Shown here: in pieces, positions 45,087 through 59,747 of the stretch
Layout: each line of letters opens with the position of its first letter
How positions within the stretch are numbered: position 1 is the first letter of the stretch
From: Eledone cirrhosa
Taxonomy: Eukaryota
Length of the DNA stretch: 64,000 bases
NCBI GenBank assembly: GCA_964016885.1
Contig: OZ024746.1
Location: 15,314,001-15,378,000 of the forward strand
Direction: 5' to 3'
The notes under the pieces: generated by a model
Databases searched by the model: none
Told to the model about the DNA's origin: nothing
The model's input: the letters and a program-made list of their open reading frames with translations, nothing else
Made by a program: the position numbers and the translations under genes

Positions 45087-45452
45087 GGAATAGAATGAAA
45101 CGAAATTTCATTTCTCACTCTTAGTACGGCAGTTACTTAAATGTAAGAATGTATGTATATATACGTACATACATATATGTATACAGACGTACAGTAGTAT
45201 GTATATATATATATACATACATGCACACATATATATATGCACGTATCGGTTTGCCGAACATTTATTATAATGCTCGGTTTGTTTTTAAACAAACAAACAG
45301 CCCGAATTACGCCGTACAGTGTTTAGGCAACCACGTCACCTTTTTGTTCAAAACTGACACAGGAACAATGTACTAGTTTCAAGCTTATTAGCTATCGTCA
45401 GCATCGTATACCTTCCTGCCAGATGGTTGAACGTATATACTTTCCTTATGCA
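45086..45452 (-). mobile_element. Diverged monomer of the 466-bp family with intact HHR (45365-45407)
   Basis: ACGATG-CTGACGA-T.AGCT.AATA.AGCT.T-GAA-ACTAGT-A-CATTGT; stem I changes preserve pairing; another HHR-less fragment at 60682-60905. Confidence 0.85.
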
Positions 45453-46491
45453 TATATATATTATGCATATATATATATATATATATATTTACACACGTGT
45501 TTGTGACTATTAGAGATATACATAATAAACATATCGTATATGCTTTCATGTACATATGTATTATGAATCACGCTATGTTAGTGATACTACCAATATATAT
45601 ATATATATATACAGTGTATATATATCTGTGTATGTCTGTGTATGTGTTGGTGTGTTCGTGGGTCTGTGTGTTCGTGAGTGTGTGTCTGTGTGTGCGTGTG
45701 TCAGTGTTCGTGTCTGAGTGTGTGTTTGCGTGTGAAGAAAATACGACTTCTGTCGGCGTAAATCAAACATAAGTTTTACTCCAGAAACAATTTTTTAAGA
45801 TCACCGTGGGAAACTTCTGGAAATGTTACTAACGTGTCCTCATTTACAAGAGGATGTTTGTTTATATGCTCCTGCCTGTTTATCTTCACCCCACCCCCTT
45901 CAACCCCCACACAGACATCCTATATAAAGACATATTTATATCCTTATAAAAGGATACATTTCTATCATTGCTTTCAAGGAACTTCATTCTAGAACATGCG
46001 GGGATTAGCAAGCTAAGGGCAGGTTAGGTATAGATAAAACCCCAGGCATTATATCAGTGGGGTGGGATGTATGAAAAGTTTACAGATTTTTTTTATTATA
46101 ACACCCGTCTAGGTAGTAATAACAATTTTCTTATTTATTTTTAAGGATAGTTAGTTGATAGGTTTTGTGCTGCCGAACTATCTGTCGCCAATATCCTCAA
46201 GCCGCACCCCCATCAGCAAGCTGCTCCTTAAGACGACAGAACCTGGCGTGTCCAGAAAAATAGATTCGGTTCTGGCCTATTAGACCAACGAAAGCCTCAC
46301 CGTCCTCCATTATACAGATGCCCAACGTAACTTGGTTGAGTGTTCCTTGGACCAACACCGTCACGCCTGCCTCTGTTCCGCTTCGCAACCAAGCAAGTAC
46401 TTCTTGATAAGGAGTACACACTCCTCGGGGTGGACCAGTGCCTCGGCCTCCGCGTCTGCAAGTCTGTCGTTAACGAGTTCGGTCTGCATAA

Positions 46492-46535
<44 letters not shown>

Positions 46536-46807
46536 ATAAATAAAGTGTGGTAAGAAACGCGGTGGACCATAACGCACCAGAGTACTCGATACTTAGGGTA
46601 GTAGAGTGGGTAATAGGAAAAGAGTTAGGACCCCAACAGCTGAACTCCGGCCGTTTCGACAGCTAGATCTAAATGACCGGAGCTCAGCCCCCAGGGTCCT
46701 GACTCTTTTCCTATATATATATAGAGAAATTACATGAATCAAAGTTCAGTTTAAATCATTTATTTGCTTACAATTATTATATACATAACCATAAATAGTA
46801 TCCTTAA

Positions 46808-46888
<81 letters not shown>

Positions 46889-47331
46889 AAAATGTTTAAC
46901 TCCGATGGCAGAGCTAAAGCCGTTTCGACGGCTATTTCTGGACCAGGATGGCCTAGCATCGCCACGAGGAAAAGACAAAACCCTGATTATTAGCGGCCCA
47001 GTTAACGCCCTACCCTATCCCAACGAATATCTCAAATGCCAGAGGTCGTCAAAATAGTTTACCATATTTGATAGGATTTCAGGATTTTATTTCGTTTGGC
47101 TACGGATGCAGTGACCCCCCCCCCCCCCACTTCACCAACACTTTAACCTCGTCCACTAAGTTCACAGCAATATCAAAGATTACCATTATTCACATTAGAA
47201 CTGGCCATGGTGTGACTGTTTATTACACAGACAACGTTAGGTAGTTCATATATATAAATGAGGTATTTCCGTAGGAAAGTTAAAGGAAAAGAGAGTGCTC
47301 TATGTAGACTACAGAGCTTTTTAGTTATGTA

Positions 47332-47443
47332 ATAAACAACATAAGATAATTAATTCATTAACCAGTGGTTTCTTGAAGACAGATATTTATATCTGTCTTC
47401 AACAAACCACTGGTAAATGAATTAATTATCTTATGTTGTTTAT
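47332..47443. repeat. Near-perfect ~55-bp inverted repeat (possible HHR 3' half, GAA-ACCACTGGT-T/A)
   Basis: TAAACAACATAAGATAATTAATTCATT..GAAGACAGATAT / inverse. Confidence 0.7.
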
Positions 47444-47652
47444 TACATAACTATAAATATATATATAACATATACATAATTTTTATACACATATATATAT
47501 ATACATATATACACATATATATATACATATATACACATATATATATATACATATATACACATATATATATATACATATATACACATATATATATATACAT
47601 ATATACATATACATACATATATATATATATACACATATATATATATATACAC

Positions 47653-47723
<71 letters not shown>

Positions 47724-47724
47724 A

Positions 47725-47774
<50 letters not shown>

Positions 47775-47933
47775 GAGAGAATGAGTATGAGGTGCTGCAA
47801 CCGGGAAACCACAAATCATGGGAGATAATGAACATTTTTAAATTTACACATGGCGTTATGAGGCCGTTTACTTGCAAACGAACCGAATATTAATAATATT
47901 ATTCTTATTCTAACATTATTATTATTCACTTAA

Positions 47934-48023
<90 letters not shown>

Positions 48024-48219
48024 AATAACAGATTAAAGTTTCAGCAAAGAGTCGCTGCGATTCTTTGCTTAAACTTTAATCTGTTATTTTAATAAATATT
48101 TGCTCTATGGTTCTTATATATCTTATATATATTTATCATTATCGAGCCCTCTTTGGATTTTAGTCGTCACATTTATTATTATTATTATTACCATATAAAT
48201 ATATATATATATATGCGTG

Positions 48220-48258
<39 letters not shown>

Positions 48259-48289
48259 TGTATATATATATATATATATATATATATGA

Positions 48290-48352
<63 letters not shown>

Positions 48353-48689
48353 TGTATATATATATTATACGCATGTGTATATATGTATGAGAGTGATTGT
48401 GTGTGTGTGTCTGTCTCTGTACGTGTGTATGCATGTGTGTACTTTTCTTGTATTGTTTTATTAAACGAAAAAAGAAAGAAAACTAACTAGAAAGAGATGA
48501 GAAGTAGAAGTGAGTGAGATAAGAAGATGTATTGTTTAGTTTGTTCTAGTGACACTAACAAGAAACCACTCAATACATTGAATGGCCTGCTGACTCTTCA
48601 TGATACTCCTTGCCCTACATTGCTATTACATAACCAGGTTTTCATCTCATTAAAACTGGTTTCCTTCCCATTTGGCAAAAGCTCGCCAT

Positions 48690-48733
<44 letters not shown>

Positions 48734-48735
48734 AT

Positions 48736-48766
<31 letters not shown>

Positions 48767-49434
48767 CATATATATATTCATCTTTCTCCCCACTCTCTCT
48801 CTCTCTCTCTCTCTGACTCATGATCTTTTCCATTAGTCTCTGCTGACACAACCTTTCTGCTTCCACTCTCGGCCTCCTCAACTTCCTGGTTTTATTGTTA
48901 TCTTTATATTTCTATATTATTTTTTATTATTAAGAAGCAACGATTCTATAGCAGCACAATTGAGGTAAAACGAGAAGAGACCAACGGCCGAACTAGAGTA
49001 ATTACGATGACATCATTGATAATTCCTACATAGGTCTATCTTACTAATATATTTCTTAACATTTAGCATAGAGACATAAATGAAAGCATTTTACAATATG
49101 TTTAAAACATAATAAACATATTATATAAACGTCACTCTGTGGGTATTTTAAACTGTGAGACGACAAATATACATACCTATTTAATGCATATAAATATACA
49201 TACAAATATGCATATTAATATAAACTCACTTATAGATAGAGGAGGAGATATGAGAGGAGAGATTGGTGAATTAGTTAGAAGCCAAAGCGTAAAGGCCAAC
49301 CGATGAGCCGCTCTGTCTTTTAAAATATGTTAATTATTTTCAACTGAACCAGATCAATTATGATATATAGTCATCTGATCCAGAAATATTATATGGAGTA
49401 GCGAAACAATTGTAAACGGACATTATTATTATTA

Positions 49435-49469
<35 letters not shown>

Positions 49470-49581
49470 TCTACATTCCTTACATCAAACTAAAATATGT
49501 TGACAATCTTTTAATAATGTCTTCCTTGTGAAATTTGTGGTCTTGTTTTGCTTAACTAATGAATATATATATATATTATAT

Positions 49582-49656
<75 letters not shown>

Positions 49657-49659
49657 ATA

Positions 49660-49694
<35 letters not shown>

Positions 49695-49830
49695 TAAAAC
49701 ATTATAAAATTGAAGAGATCTGTACGAATCATGTTTTTAGGAAAAATATTAAAGAATTGAAGATATACCTAAGATGTTTTTTTATACTTATCTGTAAATT
49801 TACAGTACACAAGGAAAGTAAATTGTAGCA

Positions 49831-49905
<75 letters not shown>

Positions 49906-50296
49906 TCTTTTTCTTTCTTTTAACTAGGTAAATTCGTAGAAATAATCATGGATATCTAATTATTTTTTGTAGTGACTGGTTTCACTATAGCCAGTTATGT
50001 CCCTTGTCTTAGAAACAGAATGATACATGTTACAAATACTCAATAACAGCACAAATGTAACCTTGAAAATGAAATTTGAAAAGCTATCCATAGCTGAAAT
50101 TGCTCAGTACAAAAATAAAATTAGATAAACATATTTATTTATAGAAACTAACTAATTTAGAAAACTGAAAAGAAAAACAAACAAAAAAAACCCCACAGAA
50201 AACGATAACATACTTTGTATCAACTACTTTCTTTCGTTGTGCGCTGTAAATGTATTTATAAAAACACATTAGCTGCATCTTCAATATTTATTTTTC

Positions 50297-50413
<117 letters not shown>

Positions 50414-50540
50414 TAGACATATATACACGTACATATACATATGTACTACAAACATATACATATATCCATACACATACAAGCATTTATACATACACATACA
50501 AGCATGTATACATACACACTCATATATATCTTCAGTTTTT

Positions 50541-50700
50541 ATAGAAATGACTTTTACAGGCCTAGAACTGTTTCATTCGTAACGAATCACCAGGAAAGTA
50601 CTTACCTGGTGATTTCTTACGAATGAAACAGCTCTAGTCCTGTAAAAAGTCACTTCTATAATAAAGATGACTATACTCTACTAATGTATTGAGTATTCTT
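50541..50700. mobile_element. Family C fold-back element (HHR core mutated to CTGGTGA); third copy 59745-59873
   Basis: Homology to 11385-11510. Confidence 0.75.
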
Positions 50701-50757
50701 TTAAACTGTGGATACTTCCCGATATACGTCGCGAATCCACCTATATATATATATCCA

Positions 50758-50793
<36 letters not shown>

Positions 50794-50939
50794 TGGATAT
50801 ATATAGGTGTGTGTGTTGAAATATCCGAGGATCCCCAGTAAACAACTGGTGTGGAAATCCCCCCCCCCCTTCCGTTCTTGCTTCTTCTTATTCTCATTCC
50901 ATTTTAAGCCTAACTTATCTACCAACTACACAGCCATCC

Positions 50940-51047
<108 letters not shown>

Positions 51048-51250
51048 TACTACAATGTGATTGGTTACATTTGTATAGAAATACCGTTTTAAGACGACTT
51101 TTACTAAAACTAGTTGTTGGTATTTTAGACTATGGACTATTGTGTCATTGAATGTGTCTTGACTTTCAGAAATGCTATCATTTCTGGTGGCTGGCTGGCT
51201 GTTGTTTTTAGTAAACATTAAAATGGCCTTTTAAATAAAGCTTCCATTAT

Positions 51251-51392
<142 letters not shown>

Positions 51393-52054
51393 ACGTACAG
51401 GAGTCAATTGATTTATAAACCAACACTAATTCTGCACTGGCGGCATGACACACAAGGACAGGTTTATGTATATAAGCATATATATATATGTATATGTATA
51501 TGTATATATACGTGCGAGTTTGTGTACGTGTATGCATGTATATATATATATATAACATTCACTTCCATCCTGACGTCACTAGCCCCGTTTTTTTCCTCAT
51601 GTGCTTTTTCATAAATACACATGAAGGCGAACTAGCCAGTTTTAGAATTCCCTTTTTCGGATTATATTACTGTGAGAGCCCTGGTTTTCTGTTGAGCTCT
51701 GCTGATGATTGAAATTCCAACCGTGACCATCTCCACTGAAAGTTTTCATGAAATAGTCTTTAAGACTATACAGAGCATTTGATGTTATTCCAAATTGAAG
51801 GATAAGTGTTTTCAAACTTTATTTTATCATGAGTTAAAGGTCTATAGATTTTCCATGGATTTTACTAAATTCTGTGGATGAATTTATATCCTGATTCTCT
51901 TTTGAGATGAGTTTGAGTTATTTTTCCTAAATCTTTCGTTAACTACTTTTCCCATCTTGACGTTATAGTCGCATATATGTTATAGAATGCCGTTAGCTTC
52001 TTGCTAAAACAATCTCTATACCTCTCATTTATATGTGTATATATATATATAATA

Positions 52055-52125
<71 letters not shown>

Positions 52126-52607
52126 GAGAGAGAGAGAGAGGAGAGAGGGGTGTAACACTAATGATGGGGGAAGCTCACCTGGTTCAGGTTCTCGCTTATG
52201 TTATTGCCTGGGTTCTGTTCTTTTATGTAGTTTTATGTATTTGGGAGACTAGGTATGTTGCGCTACGTTCGTTTGTTTATATCCCATGTCCTGTGTGTTT
52301 TTTTTGTTGTATTATCCGTGTGTATTCTGTCTATAAGTTTTTCTATTTCCATTTTGGAGACTTTGGCCTCTCATAGAATAAATCTTCACTCATTCCCTGA
52401 TGTATTTGTTATATTTTACTTGATAGCTTTATTCTCCACCCCCACCTGTCATAGCTCATACGTCACTTTTATGATGCTTATGTTTCTTTGGGATGCAATG
52501 TTACTGAGGTAAAATACATGCTAACTTTCATCCAATGGTTCGTGCTGTCCTTATTGGCCATTACATTCACAAGACGCAACGAGACACTAATCACACACAC
52601 ACACACA

Positions 52608-52645
<38 letters not shown>

Positions 52646-53050
52646 ATATTTCTTTATTCTAATACTATGAGAAGTAATTTGTGTAGAATATCTTCAGTAT
52701 TTCAAAAGGAGCTTATAAGAAATTTAATGAAAGTCTTGTACTTTCTGTCACTTAACGCCGCGGACACCGAGAGAAGTACCGGCCCGATGAAGCTCCGGGC
52801 ACGAGACTGACTTTAACCCTGCGATGGACTGGCGTCTTATCCAAGGGAATCTTGTACTGTCAGTTGTTTAACGCCACTGAAACCGAAATAAGTACCGGCC
52901 CGGTAACCCTCCGGGCTCGAGGCAGACGTTTTTGAAAGAAAAATGTCGATTCGAGTTCCTATCATCTGCATGTCAAACGTAGTTTGTTGTCCCTTTTCAT
53001 ACATCTGTATACATTGAGAGATCAATTAGGAGAAAAACAAAACGCACAGC

Positions 53051-53552
53051 ACATAGTTCCACTACCAGAAATATCAGTCCATAGAGCGGTATCCCTGCTA
53101 GTATATTACAGATCACCTACACATAGTTACACTACCAGAAATATCACCCCAAAAAGCGGTATCCCTGCTATTATATTACAGATCACCTACACATAGTTAC
53201 ACTACCAGAAATACCCCCCCCCCCCCGATAGAAAGGTATCCCTGCTATTATATTACAGATCACTTACACATAGTTACACTACCAGAAATACCCCCCCCCC
53301 CCATAGAACGGTGCCCCTGCTAGTATATTACAGATCACCTACACATAGTTACATTACCAGAAATATCACCCCAAAAAGCGGTATCCCTGCTATTATATTA
53401 CAGATCACCTACATATAGTTACACTACCAGAAATAACCCCCCCCCCCCATAGAACGGTATCCCTGCTAGTATATTACAGATCACCTACATATAGTTACAC
53501 TACCAGAAATACCACCTCATAGAACGGTATCCCTGCTATTATATTACAGATC
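53051..53552. repeat. ~70-bp minisatellite, ~7 copies, with variable C-run
   Basis: ACATAGTTACACTACCAGAAATA..GGTATCCCTGCTA.TATATTACAGATCACCTAC. Confidence 0.9.
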
Positions 53553-54129
53553 AATGTTTAATGTCTTTAGCGTTAAACTACGTCTGCCTATTTCGATTGA
53601 TGATTCCACTTTGAATGAAGCGCTAAATTCTAAAATATATTGAAAATTAATTCATACTAAATATGATGAAACAAATAATCAATAAATCGTAAAATAAATT
53701 ATTGGTTTTGGGGCCTTATTGCTATTTTGCGGCCACAAATTGTATTTTTCTTTTTTTGTTTTTTCAATGGAAATATTGCTACTGAGTCTAATTATTCTTT
53801 TGTTTCATCGTTATATTACATCTTTATATATTTTAATTTTAATTTTTGTACTACGTCTGAATTTAATGGTTCAGACACAAAGTTTGGAATTATCATTTGA
53901 ATCTTTGAAGTTAAAAGTAATTTAGGAAATAGAATTCCTATCCACATATATCTCCGTCAAATTATATTTAGTAAAACATTATAAGATGTACAGCCCTTAC
54001 CTCAACACTTTACAGAAATGTAGTTCTGGCTTTCAACGAGTTAGATGAAGTTGTGTCGAGATTTATTTAAAATAAAACTAATCTGATCTATTGGTATTTT
54101 ACACTGCATTAGTGGGTGTATTTTTGTAT

Positions 54130-54648
54130 AATATGGTGTAATGCAGTGTATTATAGTGTAGTTTGGTGTAGTATAGTGTAGTGTATTATAGTGTAATATA
54201 GTGTAGTGTAATATAGTGTAATGTATTATAGTGTAATATAGTGTAGTGTAATATAGTGTAGTGTAAGATAGTGTAGGTTGGAGTAGTTTAATATAGTATA
54301 GTGTATTGTAGTGTAGTTTGGTGTAGTGTATTATAGTGTAGTTTGGTGTAGTGTAGTATAGTAGTGTATTATAGTGTAGTTTGGTGTAGTGTATTATAGT
54401 GTAGTTTGGTGTAGTGTAGTATAGTGTAGTGTATTATAGTGTAGTTTGGTGTAGTGTAATATAGTGTAGTGTATTATAGTGTAGTTTAGTGTAGTGTAGT
54501 ATAATGCAGTTTGGTGTAGTGTATTATAGTGTAGTGTATTATAGTGTAGTTTAGTGTAGTGTAGTATAATGCAGTTTGGTGTAGTGTATTATAGTGTAGT
54601 TTGGTGTAATGTAGTGTAGATTGGTGTAGTGTAATATAGTGTAATATT
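54130..54648. repeat. (GTGTA/TAGTG)n pentamer-based satellite
   Basis: Direct inspection. Confidence 0.9.
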
Positions 54649-55485
54649 AGTTAACTTAGTTCAGTAAAATTTGATATATTATGTAATGTTTTTGAGAGTG
54701 AAACTTTGGTTAATGATTGATTGGAACTATTACCAAATATATTCCAGTCCTGATTATCATATCATATGTCTATGAATGTCTATTATACATCTATTGTATG
54801 TCTACCGTACATCTCGCAGGGTGTCCAAAAGCTTGGTGGGGTTGCCGCTTTAGTCGCCAACGACCGACCATGCACAGGTTGTACTGATGAGCCACTTGAC
54901 ATAACATCCATCCACACACACACACACACGTACATACATACATACATACATACATACATACATACATACATACATACATACATACATGATGGCTGCCCCC
55001 TCTTTATCGAGTATGGCCATTGCATGTTATACCATTATTAATAATTATTAATTAATTCTATCGTGCAATGCCTGTGCGTGGAGATATTTTTTAAAGTGAG
55101 GAAAGACTGTGCACTGAGCCAATCCCACTCTCTGAGCGACAGTAGCTATAACCCGAAAAGAAGAAAAGATCAACATCATCGGTAACTACTGAGCCGCAGG
55201 TTTTATATCGGAGTTATCCCAGTTTCCTGGGTTGCCTTCTTCTAGAAGAATGCCCTGAAATAGACTAGGGGTCCTTCACTCCCAGTGGTTTAACAGCACG
55301 ACTATTTCTATGTCCCCGCGCATATACATACACATGCACCTATGTATATACACATATACATACATATTTACATGTGTATATACATATTGACTCTTATGAG
55401 TTCTTCCGCCCTTTGTCAGGTTTTGTTTTTTGTCCTGCGGGGTGTCCAAAATCACCCTCCTCACCAAGTAATCTAGGTGGGGTTG

Positions 55486-55564
55486 CCGGTTTAGTCGCCG
55501 ACGACCCGACCATGCGACAGGTTGTACTGGATTACATGTTACCAGTAGCACTCAAGAATGACCC
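55486..55564 (-). ncRNA. Candidate HDV-like ribozyme at the 5' terminus of element 54988-55564
   Basis: P1 GGTCAT/ATGGTC, P2 CCAGT/ACCGG (ACTGG in the 29.8-kb copy), CC/GG P1.1, P4 TCG/CGA, C-TAA J4/2; P3 imperfect. Confidence 0.5.
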
Positions 55565-55599
55565 TACATACATACATACATACATACATACATACATAC

Positions 55600-56075
55600 C
55601 TGGAAGTTAGCTGCCCAGCAGATGCTAATATATTTATGCAGAACTAATGAGAAATCTACAGATACTCCACCCTGACTATACCTTCAGATTTATGCCTGTA
55701 ATTATTGAGGCACTGGGATATGTTAGTAACTGCCTCAATACAAATCTTGAGAAGCTAGGCTTCACAGAAACAGAAAGAACACAAATAGTTAGGAAATTAC
55801 AAGTACATTCCATTAATGGAAGAGTAAAAATATGTAAAACATTCCAAAAATGTTGCATCTAATAACAGCATATACGCATGTACAACGCGCCCATACAACT
55901 CAAAACATCCACAGCCACACATACAATAACATCCATATCTACACATGCATGCATACATACATATCTACCTAGTTGATGTTGTGTGAATTCCAATGAGAGA
56001 GTCTTGTGTCTATGTTAGAAACCGACTCTCCCTCTCTATTGGTAAAAATTTGTGAAATTATAAAACCAGAAGGAC
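55600..56075 (+). pseudogene. Second, divergent R4/Dong-like 3' fragment
   Basis: LEVSCPADAN..MRNLQILHPDYTFRFMPVIIEALGY..KICKTF aligns with 30619-30927; (CATA)n on both flanks. Confidence 0.75.
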
Positions 56076-57017
56076 ATACATACATACATACATACATACA
56101 TACATCCGTCCGTCGTCCGTCCGCCCACCCACCCACCCATCTACCCGTCCATCCCCCCCACACACAGACACATACATACATCCATACATCCACACATACA
56201 CACACACATACATACATCCTTACATACACACACACACCCATCCATCCATCCATACATACATACATCCATATATATTATATATACATATATGGTGGCTGCC
56301 AACTCGTTTTCGAGTACGGCCACTACTTTATATCCATGTAGGAGAACCCCTAGCGATACGCTTGACGAGTGTGACTCTTTAGTCCAGCCAGCGACTTGAA
56401 AACTCTGGTACAAAGACTACACTTGTGACAATTATTGACAAATAGTGCTGGGCCAATGGTACCATGTGACGACAAGTGCAGAGAGATCTCCAGATATAAA
56501 GCAATGCCTGTGCCATGAAGCTTTTATAGTGAGCAAAGGCACTGCACAAAGCCAGTCCCACTCTCTTAACCAAGATGATATTTACCAAAAAGAAGAACAA
56601 GTCAACATCATTGGATACCATCAGGGTTGCAGGTGTTATATCAGAGTTTTCCTTCTCCTAGACATACATACATACATACATACATACATACATACATACA
56701 TACATACCCGGTAGGGTATAAATGTCTGTTGTAGACATGGCTGAGAAATGTGTTCAAATGTTTGTGGTGTTTATCAAATGATAGACATATCTCCTCCTGG
56801 ATAGGATACCAGACCACCTTATGTCACATACTTAAGTAATTTCATATATTCTCTTAAATTATATTCTTTTAAACAATATAGTAGTTGAAGTATGTTATCC
56901 ACATTACCAAGAAAAAAGCTGCAGTGGACACTACTACTACTACCACTACTACTACTACCACCACCACCACCACCACTACTACTACTGCTGCTGCTGCTGC
57001 TCCTGCTGCTACTACTG

Positions 57018-57092
<75 letters not shown>

Positions 57093-57306
57093 TTAATACT
57101 ACTACTACTACAATGTGATTGGTTACATTTGTATAGAAATACCGTTGTTAAGACGACTTTTACTAAAACTAGTTGGTATTTTAGACTATGGACTATTGTG
57201 TCATTGAATGTGTCTTGACTTTCAGAAATGCTATCATTTCTGGTGGCTGGCTGGCTGTTGTTTTTAGTAAACATTAAAATGGCCTTTTAAATAAAGCTTC
57301 CATTAT

Positions 57307-57375
<69 letters not shown>

Positions 57376-57936
57376 CTTACAGGAGTCAATTGATTTATAA
57401 ACCAACACAAATTCTGCGCTGGCGGCACGACACACACACACACATACGTATATATGTGTATGTATGTATATATACACACACATACACACATATATAGCTA
57501 TACATATATATATATATATGTGTGTGTAAATTGGTACTTTCGAATGCGATAAGGATTTCTTTAAATATGCCTAGAAATGTCCTCCCACAACATGTGTGTG
57601 TGTGAACTGAGTGTCTATTTTAAACACTGTCGATCTGTGCCAACCTGTAGATTAACTAGCATGGTACAATAGAACCCAATCCATCACCAAATCGTGGGGC
57701 AAAGTCGACAGATAAAGTTCCACATCACTGTTATCTATAGGTGGATTGGAAGAATCGATAGAGCGTCGCAGAATAGTTACGTTCCTTTAAGTTCTGAGTT
57801 CAAATGCAGCCGAGGTTAGCTTTGCTTTTCATCCTTACGAGATCGATAAAATAAAGTACCAGTAACACACTGGTGTCGATTTAATTTCCCCTCCTCCCAA
57901 ATTGTTGGCCTTGTACCTAAATCAGAAACCATTATT

Positions 57937-58676
57937 GGCAGTAACGGTAGAGGGTCGGACGCCATGCTTTCCAGCATAGTTACGTCCCTTTACGATCTGA
58001 GTTCAAATCCCGCCGAGGTTGACTTTGCCTTTCATCCTTACGGGGTCGATAAAATAAAGTACCAGTAATTCACTGGGTAATTGCTGGCCTTGTGCCTAAA
58101 GTAGAAACAATTATTACCTATAGGGCGATAATCTAAGTACCAGTAATACACTGGATTAATTGCTGGCCTTGTGCCAAAAATAGAAACAATTATTATCTAT
58201 AGGGCGGTGGATTGGCAGTAACGGTAGAGGGTCGGACGCCATGCTTTCCAGCATAGTTACGTCCCTTTACGATCTGAGTTCAAATCCCGCCGAGGTTGAG
58301 TTTGCCTTTCATCCTTACGGGGTCGATAAAATAAAGTACCAGTAATGCACTGGGTAATTGCTGGCCTTGTGCCTAAAGTAGAAACAATTATTACCTATAG
58401 GGCGATAATCTAAGTACCAGTAATACACTGGATTAATTGCTGGCCTTGTGCCAAAAATAGAAACAATTATTATCTATAGGGCGGTGGATTGGCAGTATCG
58501 GTAGAGAGTCGGACACCATGCTTTCCAGCATAGTTACGTCCCTTTACGGTCTGAGTTCAAATCCCGCCGAGGTTAACTCTGCCTTTAATCCTTACGGGGT
58601 CGACAAAATAAAGTACCAGTAATGTGCTGGGTAATTGCTGGCCTTGTGCTAAAAGTAGAACAATTATTATCTATAG
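57937..58676 (+). mobile_element. Tandem triplication (277-bp period) of a tRNA-derived SINE, adjacent to further SINE copies (57737-57935, 58700-58850)
   Basis: TCTGAGTTCAAATCCCGCCGAG at 57996, 58273, 58550; dispersed copies at 13095-13211, 35332-35481, 43222-43378, 61490-61612. Confidence 0.85.
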
Positions 58677-58875
58677 GTAAAATTTCTGCAGAAAAGGTAG
58701 GGTGGCGTATTAATAGAATTGTTACAGAGTTGGGCAAAATATTTTGTGCTATTTGCTCTGAATCTTTCAGTTCAGATTTCAAATGACGCCGTTGTAAACT
58801 TTGCCTTCCATTCCTCTGGTGACGATGAAATAAGTACCAGTCAAGTAGTGGAGCCTATCTATATATATCACTCTT

Positions 58876-58931
<56 letters not shown>

Positions 58932-59161
58932 ACGAGTGAAGAATAACATGGTCGGCTGTACACAAAGAACCCTTTTTGTACAGCCGACCATGTTATTCTT
59001 CACTCTTTCACTACTATTACTCCAAGAATAACCTGCATGGGAATTCTCGCAAACTCTTGTAGAGTCAAACAACGCCGTACGTTAAAACTATCCATAGTAC
59101 AGAGTACTCACAACCTCTAACTGAATTACCTAAAACGATAACTTGTTATCCCATATATAAA

Positions 59162-59197
<36 letters not shown>

Positions 59198-59201
<4 letters not shown>

Positions 59202-59393
59202 AACGAGTAGGACCCCGACGGCTGAGCTCAAGCCGTTTCGACGGCTAATTCTGGAATTCCAGAATTAGCCGTCGAAACGGCTTGAGCTTCAGCCGTCGGG
59301 GTCCTACTCGTTCCTATTACCCACTCTACTACCCTAAGTATTGAGTACTTTGGTGCGTTATGGTCCACCTGGTTCCTTACCACATTTCCTTCG

Positions 59394-59395
<2 letters not shown>
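59198..59395 (+). mobile_element. Family B fold-back mini-element with HHR 3' half
   Basis: Palindrome centred on GGAATTCC; GAA-ACGGCT.TGAGCTTC.AGCCGT-C-GGGGTC. Confidence 0.85.
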
Positions 59396-59449
<54 letters not shown>

Positions 59450-59688
59450 TATACTAACCACTGACTATTGGAGGAGCCGTTCTAAAACTGGCCTCTCTCG
59501 TCAGGTACGGCATAGAGGCTAGTTTTAAAACGGCCCCTCCAATATTCAGTGGTGGCCATAACTAGGCCCTGAAACCTAAGGTCGCGCATTACATATTAAG
59601 TGTATAAAAATGTAATATAAACTAAATAAGCTCTCTTGTACTCGATTGAGCATTGTTTCCCTTGGCTCTTTATCTACGGATATCCTGC

Positions 59689-59747
<59 letters not shown>

